Below, in pieces: positions 34,687 to 41,934 of a stretch of DNA of 64,000 bases (positions are counted from its first letter, which is position 1; each line of letters opens with the position of its first letter). Origin of the DNA: Escherichia phage LF82-9; sequence record PV660452; one strand, given 5' to 3'. Below the pieces are notes generated by a model. The model was not told the DNA's origin. It did not search any database and saw only the letters and a list, made by a program, of their open reading frames with translations. A program made the position numbers and the translations under genes.

Positions 34687-34992
34687 TTAGCACAACGCAG
34701 AAGACGAAACCCAAGCACCTTCAGTAATAACGTAACCATTACCTTCACGCTTAACATCGCCACCATTATTTTCAATTTCATCTTTCATCCACTGGGATAC
34801 GATTTCACCCTTAGGATAATAAGTACGACCGCTACCATAATCACCTACAGAAAACGATACAGCGTATTGGTCTGCAATCTTTGTAGCTTCTTCTTCGATA
34901 CGTTCAGCTTGATTCAGAAGTTTATAAATTGCATCTGAAGCGGATTTGGCATCATTAAACTCTGGTACTTTAATTTCAATAATCTTACTCAT
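34687..34992 (-). CDS. Hypothetical protein (101 aa); paralog of the previous gene (C-terminus GAWVASSALC)
   Basis: Shared N- and C-terminal motifs with 34405..34677. Confidence 0.5.
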   Translation of the reverse strand: MSKIIEIKVPEFNDAKSASDAIYKLLNQAERIEEEATKIADQYAVSFSVGDYGSGRTYYPKGEIVSQWMKDEIENNGGDVKREGNGYVITEGAWVSSSALC

Positions 34993-35348
34993 TTTCTACA
35001 TTCCTTAATAAAGTTTTCTATTGTTTCATTTTCACGTCTAGCTAGGAGTTCATTATAACTAATCATTTGAGAAGCGTAAACCTTTTTATTTTTCTTGTTA
35101 TGGTTTATAAAATCGTAGTAAAAATAGACTACAGTACAAAATGATGCGATGGATGCAAAGGCTTGAGTATATCGTAAGTCCTGCCATTGGTCTGTGAATC
35201 CACCGGTGTTCCCTATAAATCCTAACACAACTCCGTCAATAAGAAATCCAACTAATCCAAAGGCAAATCCCATGCCAATACTCATAATAAAAATTAGAAT
35301 GTTCTCACCGAGAGAAGGCCGTACGGTTAAGAGTTGAGGCTTTTGCAT
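34989..35348 (-). CDS. Hypothetical membrane protein (119 aa) ending in ENFIKECRK
   Basis: Two hydrophobic helices; shared C-terminal motif. Confidence 0.5.
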   Translation of the reverse strand: MQKPQLLTVRPSLGENILIFIMSIGMGFAFGLVGFLIDGVVLGFIGNTGGFTDQWQDLRYTQAFASIASFCTVVYFYYDFINHNKKNKKVYASQMISYNELLARRENETIENFIKECRK

Positions 35349-35722
35349 CTTATTTCCTTAACGAATTCCATAGCTTCTTCATATTCATACTTTTTAACAG
35401 CTTCAACATACTGAGCTTGGGCTTTTGCGCACTGAACTTTCCACTCGCGAACTCGAGCTCTGTGATGACGGCCTTGGTGCCAATATCCTGCCCAATTAAT
35501 AGGCATTAATAAAAACGGTACAATAAGTGGTGCGACGAACATTAATGAAAACGCTGCATCAGACGTTATAACTTTATTGGAATCTAAAATAGCTCCTATA
35601 ATCATAAAGATTAAAAATGCTAAAGCTAAAATAGGGCCAAATAGTACTTCGTTTGGGATTAATTTACGTTTGTATTCGTATGCCCAGGGCTTAATTGGCA
35701 TGTACAGGGTTGGCTTTGACAT
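35327..35722 (-). CDS. Hypothetical membrane protein (131 aa) ending in MEFVKEIRC...
   Basis: ORF track 35327..35752 trimmed to ATG at 35722; hydrophobic helices. Confidence 0.45.
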   Translation of the reverse strand: MSKPTLYMPIKPWAYEYKRKLIPNEVLFGPILALAFLIFMIIGAILDSNKVITSDAAFSLMFVAPLIVPFLLMPINWAGYWHQGRHHRARVREWKVQCAKAQAQYVEAVKKYEYEEAMEFVKEIRCKSLNS

Positions 35723-36308
35723 ATTCTCTACATTCCATAATAAATTGCTCAAGGATTAAATTGTTAGTGAAATTAGGACTAACAACCATAGTTTCATAAA
35801 GCGCATCAATAGCACTTAAAGCATCAACTCTTTTAAGCAAAGGCTTGCCTTCATACATAGTTTCAGAATCGATGATTAACGTAAAGTAATATTTTTTATT
35901 ATCGACTAGAACTTCTGTATCGATATAAAACATATTAGACCTCAGAAGCTTATCTCTAAAACCATAATAATCTTCTGAACGTTCGCTGATATATTCCCAT
36001 TCAGTGTTTAAACAACAAACAGACCATGTAGGAGCAACGAAATCAGTGAATCTAATATCATGGTCTGCAACTAGTTTAGCAATAGCTCCGATATCATGAA
36101 TCATAATACCTGGGGCTAATAAAGATTTTCGGCGATTTGCGTATTCAGTTGTCTCATAAGAAGCTGACCAGTACCATTTACGTCCAGTTGCAACATATCG
36201 TAATGAATCAACTAAAGACGTAGGTGGATTTACCTTATCTCGGAACTCTTCGAACATTGAGTCAATATCATTATTTTGGTTTCGCATGTTAACTCCTTTA
36301 TTATCCAA
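35691..36308 (-). CDS. Hypothetical protein (205 aa) ending in EQFIMECREY...
   Basis: ORF track. Confidence 0.55.
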   Translation of the reverse strand: MDNKGVNMRNQNNDIDSMFEEFRDKVNPPTSLVDSLRYVATGRKWYWSASYETTEYANRRKSLLAPGIMIHDIGAIAKLVADHDIRFTDFVAPTWSVCCLNTEWEYISERSEDYYGFRDKLLRSNMFYIDTEVLVDNKKYYFTLIIDSETMYEGKPLLKRVDALSAIDALYETMVVSPNFTNNLILEQFIMECREYVKANPVHAN

Positions 36309-36336
36309 AAGGAGGACCGGAGTCCTCCGTATTATT

Positions 36337-36930
36337 TTATTTCAAAGAGTTAATATATTCTTGTACATCAGCAGAAGTGGTTTCGACACCGGCTGGAGTA
36401 CCATTGAACGTTTCAACACGAGTCAGAGTGTCTTCGATATCAACCTTAGTCAGTGCAGCGATTTCAATTACATCATCGGCCGTAGAGATACCAAGGGCAT
36501 TGGCTGCTCGAGTTTCACGAATGTATTCGAGTTTGATTGCCAGGTTCTGACGAGCATCGTCAAGTTCAACCACCTTACGAGCAATTTCAATTCGCATAGC
36601 GGCATACCCGTCAGCTTTTGTATTAAGTTGTTCGGCAGTTCGACGATACAGAAGACCAAGCTTAGCATGCATGGTAACATCTTGTCCTTCAGCCAGGAGC
36701 TTACGAATTTCACGTTCCTTAGAAGCGGCTTGCTTGTTCTTTTCATTAACAAGTTCGCGAATACGTTTTTCTTCATTAATAGATTTAACAGAAGCCGTTT
36801 TTAGTTCTTTGATCTGGGTAATCAACTTATCTGCAGCTGCGTTATACTGTTCTTCGACAGTCAGATTTTTAGCCATAGCAGTACCCAGTTTAGTGCGGAT
36901 AAATTCAACAAGTTTCTTCAGTGTGTTCAT
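36337..36930 (-). CDS. PspA/IM30-like all-helical coiled-coil protein (197 aa); assignment tentative
   Basis: Length and continuous heptad-rich composition resemble the PspA/Vipp1 family; ATG at 36930 with SD AAAGGTAA. Confidence 0.4.
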   Translation of the reverse strand: MNTLKKLVEFIRTKLGTAMAKNLTVEEQYNAAADKLITQIKELKTASVKSINEEKRIRELVNEKNKQAASKEREIRKLLAEGQDVTMHAKLGLLYRRTAEQLNTKADGYAAMRIEIARKVVELDDARQNLAIKLEYIRETRAANALGISTADDVIEIAALTKVDIEDTLTRVETFNGTPAGVETTSADVQEYINSLK

Positions 36931-36971
36931 ATTATTACCTTTCAATTGGTGGTTTATTATCCAATGAGAGC

Positions 36972-37000
36972 ATTATACTCTGCTCTCAAGAGTTTGTAAA
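36972..37000 (-). promoter_or_regulatory. Early promoter (TTTACA-N17-TATAAT inside GAGAGCA/TGCTCTC stem); near-identical to 6869-6905
   Basis: Minus strand TTTACAAACTCTTGAGAGCAGAGTATAATGCTCTC. Confidence 0.55.
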
Positions 37001-37228
37001 TTATTTTTTAATCAAATTGACATAAAACTTGGCGTCTTCGGGGTGCATGCCTTCGCAGTATTCTTCAACCATGAAATTCTTAACAGCTTCATAAGGACCA
37101 CTCAGATTAAGCTCAGTTGTCCAAAACTTGGAATCTTGGACTGAATCGATACGAACTTCAGGATGACGATTGCGAATAACTTCTTCGGTGTATTCATAAT
37201 CAACGACATCAATACTAACTTTAGCCAT
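37001..37228 (-). CDS. Hypothetical protein (75 aa)
   Basis: ORF track. Confidence 0.45.
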   Translation of the reverse strand: MAKVSIDVVDYEYTEEVIRNRHPEVRIDSVQDSKFWTTELNLSGPYEAVKNFMVEEYCEGMHPEDAKFYVNLIKK

Positions 37229-37258
37229 TTTGTTTCTCCTCTTGATTTGATGTGATTA

Positions 37259-37287
37259 CTATAACATAAACGTACTTAGATGTAAAT
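37259..37287 (-). promoter_or_regulatory. Early promoter (TTTACA-N17-TATAGT)
   Basis: Minus strand TTTACATCTAAGTACGTTTATGTTATAGT. Confidence 0.5.
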
Positions 37288-37441
37288 TATTTCAACGTCA
37301 CCTTTAGCGGCTTTATAACCTTCAGCCCAAGATACAACAGAGTTTTTATCTGAGGATTCAAATTCAGGCATTGGACTTTCACCAATATTCACACAGTATG
37401 TTTCTTCATTTTCATCGAACCAAATAATTAAAGTAGTCATT
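37277..37441 (-). CDS. Hypothetical small protein (54 aa); below ORF-track cutoff
   Basis: Manual translation MTTLIIWFDENEETYCVNIGESPMPEFESSDKNSVVSW... Confidence 0.35.
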
Positions 37442-37470
37442 TTGTTTACTCCTTTGTAGTTGATAAGTCT

Positions 37471-37499
37471 ATAGTATCACCATCCTTGGTGCTTGTACA
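37471..37499 (-). promoter_or_regulatory. Early promoter (TGTACA-N17-TACTAT)
   Basis: Minus strand TGTACAAGCACCAAGGATGGTGATACTATAGACTTATC. Confidence 0.45.
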
Positions 37500-37502
37500 C
37501 AA

Positions 37503-37766
37503 TTATTTCATATTATTGAAATATTCTTCTGCGATTTCGTCGTTATCATGGTAAACTTTAGAAGACAGTTTAACATAACCTTCTGCCGTGAACATGTTAA
37601 TCACAACCTTTACAGTATACCACTGACCGTCTTCATTACCCATTACTGCGTAAGTTTCAAACATCGGATGATCAGGACCAATAACTTTAATATCATTCAC
37701 TGTACGACCGAAATCTTCTGAAACACATTTCATAAAGAAGTTGAACAGTTCGCCGTAATTATCCAT
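37503..37766 (-). CDS. Hypothetical protein (87 aa)
   Basis: ATG at 37766 with SD GGAG. Confidence 0.45.
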   Translation of the reverse strand: MDNYGELFNFFMKCVSEDFGRTVNDIKVIGPDHPMFETYAVMGNEDGQWYTVKVVINMFTAEGYVKLSSKVYHDNDEIAEEYFNNMK

Positions 37767-37809
37767 TTCATTCTCCAAATTGTTTTCTGTATCAGTAGTT
37801 GATAGTTGT

Positions 37810-37839
37810 ATAGTACCATGGAAGAACAGGGATGTAAAC
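37810..37839 (-). promoter_or_regulatory. Early promoter (GTTTAC-N18-TACTAT)
   Basis: Minus strand GTTTACATCCCTGTTCTTCCATGGTACTATACAACTATC. Confidence 0.5.
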
Positions 37840-37975
37840 AGTTTTGTGAAAAAATTTTTTAAAAAGTTTTAGGGAATTCTAGGGTCAGGAGGGACAATTA
37901 AAAGGTAGGATAATATATTATAAAGGGTATAAACTAAATGATGCCCAGAGAGGCCCGGAAAGGCCTAGATACCAA

Positions 37976-38000
37976 AAAGCCCCAACCTTTCGGCTGGGGC
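37976..38000 (-). terminator. Intrinsic terminator (GCCCC/GGGGC family) after the internal-protein gene
   Basis: AAAAGCCCCAACCTTTCGGCTGGGGC; U-run on the minus-strand RNA. Confidence 0.7.
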
Positions 38001-38008
38001 TAAGAATG

Positions 38009-38482
38009 TTATATGATTTGTTTAGCAGACCAAATGCGGTCTTTAATAATTTTTTGGATGTCTTCAACATATTCAAGAGAGTGAACATGTGGGTTATCTT
38101 TGAAACTATAAGCACGAGCTAGCTTTTGGCCTTCAGTTTTGATTATCAAAAGTTCTTTAAGAATTGCTTCATACCTAGAGATAATTCCTTTAGCAATATT
38201 TTTTTCTTGTGCTGCTTTAGGGTCAGCCTTAGGAGCAGGTTTACCTGAAGCCTTTGCAAAAGCAGCTCCAGTAGCAACTAAACTTTTCCAAGCCATACTA
38301 ACTGCATTCCCTGTAAATCCTTCGGCTTTCATATCACGAGCAAATTGGAATCGTGATTCATCGGAAGCATCTTTATAGGAATATTTACCCGCGGCAATGG
38401 CAGCTTTTGCAACAGCTTGAATTTCAGTGCTAGATGCTTCATTTAACACCGCTTCATTTAAAAATTGAGCATATGATTTCAT
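38009..38482 (-). CDS. Internal-protein-like with capsid-targeting leader (MKSYAQFLNEA), 157 aa; late-promoter driven
   Basis: Leader similarity; A/K-rich body; TATAAATA upstream. Confidence 0.6.
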   Translation of the reverse strand: MKSYAQFLNEAVLNEASSTEIQAVAKAAIAAGKYSYKDASDESRFQFARDMKAEGFTGNAVSMAWKSLVATGAAFAKASGKPAPKADPKAAQEKNIAKGIISRYEAILKELLIIKTEGQKLARAYSFKDNPHVHSLEYVEDIQKIIKDRIWSAKQII

Positions 38483-38518
38483 CTTATTTCCTGTTTTAAT
38501 TCGTGGTTTTAATATACT

Positions 38519-38526
38519 TATTTATA
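38519..38526 (-). promoter_or_regulatory. T4-type late promoter TATAAATA
   Basis: Exact consensus on the minus strand ~37 nt upstream of the ATG at 38482. Confidence 0.5.
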
Positions 38527-38529
38527 CTA

Positions 38530-38556
38530 AAAAGCCCCAACCTTTCGGTCGGGGCT
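38530..38556 (-). terminator. Intrinsic terminator (GCCCC/GGGGC family)
   Basis: AAAAAGCCCCAACCTTTCGGTCGGGGC; U-run on the minus-strand RNA. Confidence 0.7.
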
Positions 38557-38560
38557 AAGC

Positions 38561-38760
38561 CTTGCGGCAACCTTGTCGGGGTTCCACCTGCTAAGGCAAG
38601 TGTTTGTACGAAACGCCGGGATTCGAACCCGGTTATTAAGCAGTTGACGCTACTCAATATTTTTAAAAGGCCATATCTCGACCATATCCGAACGTTCCGT
38701 CAAAAACGCTACTCGGCTTACGGCAAAGATATTTCCTCGAATCGATAATTCGGTGCGCCG
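38561..38760 (-). ncRNA. Candidate small stable RNA / tRNA-like remnant (T4 species-1/2 RNA region analogue)
   Basis: No plausible ORF; canonical tRNA T-arm CCGGGTTCGAATCCCGG at 38616-38632 (minus) without a full cloverleaf; ends at a terminator. Confidence 0.3.
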
Positions 38761-38843
38761 TTTCTGCTGTGATGTAAGAGGGCATCAATAAACGCAAAGA
38801 TTATTAACGCAATTCCTTACTCAGGGAACATCAGTCCGACGAC

Positions 38844-39398
38844 TTACCGGTAGCGACCCGGTTTCTCATTTGGTATTTCAAATTGTGTAGATTTAGTATC
38901 TAATTTTTTAACTATGGAACTTATGTCATGAAAGAAAAACCATTCACCATTTATATGGTCCTGATTATAAATGCTGTGCATATATTTTTCAAGTTCTACT
39001 GCATCCTGGGAATATCTAAATGATACTATTTTAAAACTTTTAAACGGTGAAAATGTATTTGCTGTTATAACTCTAACATCAGGTTCTATACTTCTTCCTA
39101 TTTTATAATAATTAGGATTTGTAGTATCTACCATTATGTATACGAAAGCCTGTCGATAGCTTTTTTCTATATCAAATTCATCTTTAAATTTCAAAAGATT
39201 TAGGGCGGCAGTCCTACAAAATACTTTCCATTTTGACAAGCGTTTGGCTTCAGTCATAGAAAAGAATTTTTTCTTATCTGTTATTTTAAGAAAAGCAACA
39301 TTTTCAATTAGTTCTTGTGTTATTTCAAAATTACCATGGTATATTAATCCAGCTTTTATAGCCAAATTAATTTGGTCCCAGTCTACATCACTTCTCAT
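38844..39398 (-). CDS. T5orf172/GIY-YIG-like domain protein (184 aa) adjacent to the tRNA cluster; possible seg-type endonuclease relative
   Basis: Motif FVYIMVDTTNPNYYKIGRS resembles the GIY...YIG/T5orf172 core, but in the middle of the protein. Confidence 0.4.
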   Translation of the reverse strand: MRSDVDWDQINLAIKAGLIYHGNFEITQELIENVAFLKITDKKKFFSMTEAKRLSKWKVFCRTAALNLLKFKDEFDIEKSYRQAFVYIMVDTTNPNYYKIGRSIEPDVRVITANTFSPFKSFKIVSFRYSQDAVELEKYMHSIYNQDHINGEWFFFHDISSIVKKLDTKSTQFEIPNEKPGRYR

Positions 39399-39419
39399 AA
39401 TATTATTCTCTCAATAATT

Positions 39420-39496
39420 TGGTCAGGGTGAAAGGATTCTAACCTTTAACCTGCGGTTTAGAGGACCGCTACTCTATACAATTGAGTTACACCCCG
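39420..39496 (-). tRNA. tRNA-Arg (anticodon UCU)
   Basis: Manual cloverleaf: anticodon stem GCGGT/ACCGC, loop CCUCUAA, T-arm AAAGG-TTAGAAT-CCTTT, encoded CCA. Confidence 0.7.
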
Positions 39497-39622
39497 TAAT
39501 TAGTTCACAGCAATACCTACTCCAACAATCAAGATGTCTTCACACGAAATTAAGAGAAGTGTGATCAGTTCAACCCCTATAATCGCGTCAAGTAGATATT
39601 AATGTGACAGTTGTCACAAGTT

Positions 39623-39697
39623 TGGCGGACATGCATGGATTCGAACCATGGACCAATTGATTAACAGTCAACTGCTCTACCACTGAGCTACACATCC
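39623..39697 (-). tRNA. tRNA-Asn (anticodon GUU)
   Basis: Manual fold: D-arm GCTCAGTGGTAGAGC, anticodon loop CUGUUAA, T-arm CATGG-TTCGAAT-CCATG, encoded CCA. Confidence 0.65.
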
Positions 39698-39701
39698 AAA
39701 T

Positions 39702-39788
39702 TGGTGGGGAGTGGTGGAGTCGAACCACCCGAGTCGCAATGACAATGAATTTACAGTCCACACCGCTACCTCTACGGGATAACTCCCC
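39702..39788 (-). tRNA. tRNA-Tyr (anticodon GUA), long variable arm
   Basis: 87 nt; acceptor GGGGAGT/ACTCCCC, anticodon loop CUGUAAA, T-arm GGTGG-TTCGACT-CCACC. Confidence 0.55.
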
Positions 39789-39794
39789 TTAATT

Positions 39795-39869
39795 TGGTGG
39801 CCCTGGGTGGAATTGAACCACCATCTGGCGATTATGAGTCGCTTGCTTGAACCTTCCAGCTACAGGGCC
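39795..39869 (-). tRNA. tRNA with CAU anticodon (Met or lysidine-modified Ile)
   Basis: Acceptor GGCCCTG/CAGGGCC, anticodon loop CUCAUAA, T-arm GGTGG-TTCAATT-CCACC, CCA encoded. Confidence 0.65.
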
Positions 39870-39870
39870 T

Positions 39871-39946
39871 TGGTGCTGATTAACGGAATCGAACCGCCGA
39901 CCTTCTCATTACAAGTGAGTTGCTCTACCTACTGAGCTAAATCAGC
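39871..39946 (-). tRNA. tRNA-Thr (anticodon UGU)
   Basis: GCTGATTTAGCTCAGTAGGTAGAGC...CUUGUAA...GGCGG-TTCGATT-CCGTT; matches T4 tRNA-Thr architecture. Confidence 0.8.
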
Positions 39947-39951
39947 AAAAC

Positions 39952-40041
39952 TGGCGGAGGCGATAGGATTTGAACCTATGAGTCGCCGGAGCGACTGCCG
40001 GTTTTCAAGACCGGTGCATTAAACCACTCTGCCACGCCTCC
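39952..40041 (-). tRNA. tRNA-Ser (anticodon UGA), long variable arm
   Basis: GGAGGCGTGGCAGAGTGGTTTAATGCACCGGTCTTGAAAACCGG... matches T4 tRNA-Ser. Confidence 0.85.
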
Positions 40042-40043
40042 AG

Positions 40044-40117
40044 TCTCCATACAAGGATTTGAACCTTGGACCTCCTGATCCCAAATCAGGCGCTCTACCA
40101 AACTGAGCTACACGGAG
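40044..40117 (-). tRNA. tRNA-Pro (anticodon UGG); 3-prime CCA not encoded
   Basis: Anticodon stem-loop CCTGA-TTTGGGA-TCAGG; T-arm CAAGG-TTCAAAT-CCTTG. Confidence 0.75.
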
Positions 40118-40127
40118 TAAATTAAAT

Positions 40128-40201
<74 letters not shown>

Positions 40202-40206
40202 AAATT

Positions 40207-40293
40207 TGGTGCGAGAAGTGGGACTCGAACCCACAAGGAAATCATTCCGCAGCATTTTAAGTGCTGTGCCTTTACCAATTTGACCATTCTCGC
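40207..40293 (-). tRNA. tRNA-Leu (anticodon UAA)
   Basis: GCGAGAATGGTCAAATTGGTAAAGGCACAGCACTTAAAATGCTGCGG...GGGTTCGAGTCCCACTTCTCGCACCA matches T4 tRNA-Leu. Confidence 0.88.
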
Positions 40294-40294
40294 G

Positions 40295-40367
40295 CTGGGA
40301 ATAAAGGACTCGAACCTTTGCATCCTGGAATCAAAATCCAGTGCCTTACCAACTTGGCTAATTCCCA
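40295..40367 (-). tRNA. tRNA-Gln (anticodon UUG); CCA not fully encoded
   Basis: TGGGAATTAGCCAAGTTGGTAAGGC...CTGGA-TTTTGAT-TCCAG...GGTTCGAGTCC resembles T4 tRNA-Gln. Confidence 0.8.
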
Positions 40368-40453
40368 ATTATTAACAAAGGCTCTCAAACAAGAACCCTT
40401 GATGATAGAGGGTATTAATCAGTGCGGTATAAGTTAATAATAACAAATAATTC

Positions 40454-40969
40454 TTAAAGCAAATTAAACATCTTAACGGTCGGCAAAACAATTTCTTCTT
40501 CTATATAAGAGTATTTAACACTCTCAACTACACGCAAAAAATCATAATCATAATACTCAGAAGCATTACCTAAAATATTAATAAGTCCTTCAAGCACTTT
40601 ATTACCATTCACAAAGAATAAGTCAAATACACGTTCTTCATCTTCTTCAGATTTATTACCAAGGTCAACTTCTATATCAAAGACCTTTTTAATGAATTCT
40701 GGATAAAGTTGGTCTGAGAACAGTCCTTCAACCAAGTATTCATAGATAAAAAGCGATTGCTCACTGAACGAAGCATTACCACAATAGTGATCAACTTTTG
40801 TGCTAGAATGACGGCTTTTAAACTTCTTTAAAAGATATTGGAATTGTAAGATTTCATGCTCTTCTACACCAAACAATGTTTTGGTTTTATAGTTGTCACC
40901 GTCATTTTCCCATGTAGTTACATCAATCACATAACCCTGCGGAATTGTAGTACCTAAACAAATATTCAT
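40454..40969 (-). CDS. Hypothetical acidic protein (171 aa)
   Basis: ORF track. Confidence 0.5.
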   Translation of the reverse strand: MNICLGTTIPQGYVIDVTTWENDGDNYKTKTLFGVEEHEILQFQYLLKKFKSRHSSTKVDHYCGNASFSEQSLFIYEYLVEGLFSDQLYPEFIKKVFDIEVDLGNKSEEDEERVFDLFFVNGNKVLEGLINILGNASEYYDYDFLRVVESVKYSYIEEEIVLPTVKMFNLL

Positions 40970-41259
40970 TTGCTCACCATATTAATGTAAGTATATTCAA
41001 TACATTCAAGACCCAAAGGATTCTTGAAAATATCATATTCAAGAGGACCTTTTTCCGTTTCAATAAAGAAATCAAAATTTACTGTATTAAATTTACGGTC
41101 TTCCTTCACTAATTTAACTTGAGAAGATGAACGGTCAACATAAACCTTTTCAACTTCAAAACACGTTAAAACGCCATAATCATCAATCAAGGCTTTAGCT
41201 GCTTCTTGATCATATTTATATCCATTTTCAATGGATGATACTTTTGCATAAAGAATCAT
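40966..41259 (-). CDS. Hypothetical protein (97 aa)
   Basis: ORF track; coupled overlap. Confidence 0.45.
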   Translation of the reverse strand: MILYAKVSSIENGYKYDQEAAKALIDDYGVLTCFEVEKVYVDRSSSQVKLVKEDRKFNTVNFDFFIETEKGPLEYDIFKNPLGLECIEYTYINMVSK

Positions 41260-41261
41260 TG

Positions 41262-41672
41262 TCAGCCTCTATCAACGATAGCATGAGTATGGGCATTTAC
41301 GATTTGCCACCAGTCGAAACGATTGGAACCATAATCTGGTTTATTTTCATTTTCTTTAATGATATCACGCAGCTTATCTTCTGTTTCAGCATACGCAATT
41401 AAATCATCATATCCACCGCAAGGATAATAATTATCACCTGCGAATAAAAGAAAATTTACCTTAGATGGATTTACGTAATAATGGTCTTTAGGATATTTAG
41501 TTCCTCTCCAATCAGTTACTTCAACATAACGGTAAGAAAATCCATTTTTACTTTCAATCCAACTCCACGCTTCAAAAGGAGTATTAAAAACTTTATCAGG
41601 TATTAAATTACCTTCAAAATGAGAAGGATTTGCATAATCCCCAGCATAAACATAATATTCGTTAATACTCAT
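41262..41672 (-). CDS. Hypothetical protein (136 aa), Y/W-rich
   Basis: ORF track. Confidence 0.5.
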   Translation of the reverse strand: MSINEYYVYAGDYANPSHFEGNLIPDKVFNTPFEAWSWIESKNGFSYRYVEVTDWRGTKYPKDHYYVNPSKVNFLLFAGDNYYPCGGYDDLIAYAETEDKLRDIIKENENKPDYGSNRFDWWQIVNAHTHAIVDRG

Positions 41673-41858
41673 TTATTCACCTTTAGAAATTTTATCCATA
41701 ACGATAGTGATTAAACCAATTAAAAATGCTACTACAAGTGAAAAAACATTTTCTGCTGTAGTTAATAATCCGCATATAAATCCAACAAACATTGAAAAAC
41801 TAAAAGCAGAAGCAGAAATTGCAATAGCAACATTTCGAATTAATTCACAGCGTTTCAT
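41673..41858 (-). CDS. Hypothetical small membrane protein (61 aa)
   Basis: Two hydrophobic helices. Confidence 0.45.
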   Translation of the reverse strand: MKRCELIRNVAIAISASAFSFSMFVGFICGLLTTAENVFSLVVAFLIGLITIVMDKISKGE

Positions 41859-41886
41859 TTTATTCTCCTCAGTAGTTGATAGGGTA

Positions 41887-41916
41887 ATAGTATCACAACT
41901 AAAACCCTATGTAAAC
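41887..41916 (-). promoter_or_regulatory. Early promoter (GTTTAC-N18-TACTAT) with TAGGGT/ACCCTA stem
   Basis: Minus strand GTTTACATAGGGTTTTAGTTGTGATACTATTACCCTATCAAC. Confidence 0.55.
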
Positions 41917-41934
41917 AACTTTGTGAAAAATTTA

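Noticed and set aside
37918-38115. 65 aa ORF 37918..38115 overlapping the terminator and the 3-prime end of the internal-protein gene
   Set aside because: It spans a terminator hairpin and overlaps a better-supported gene out of frame.
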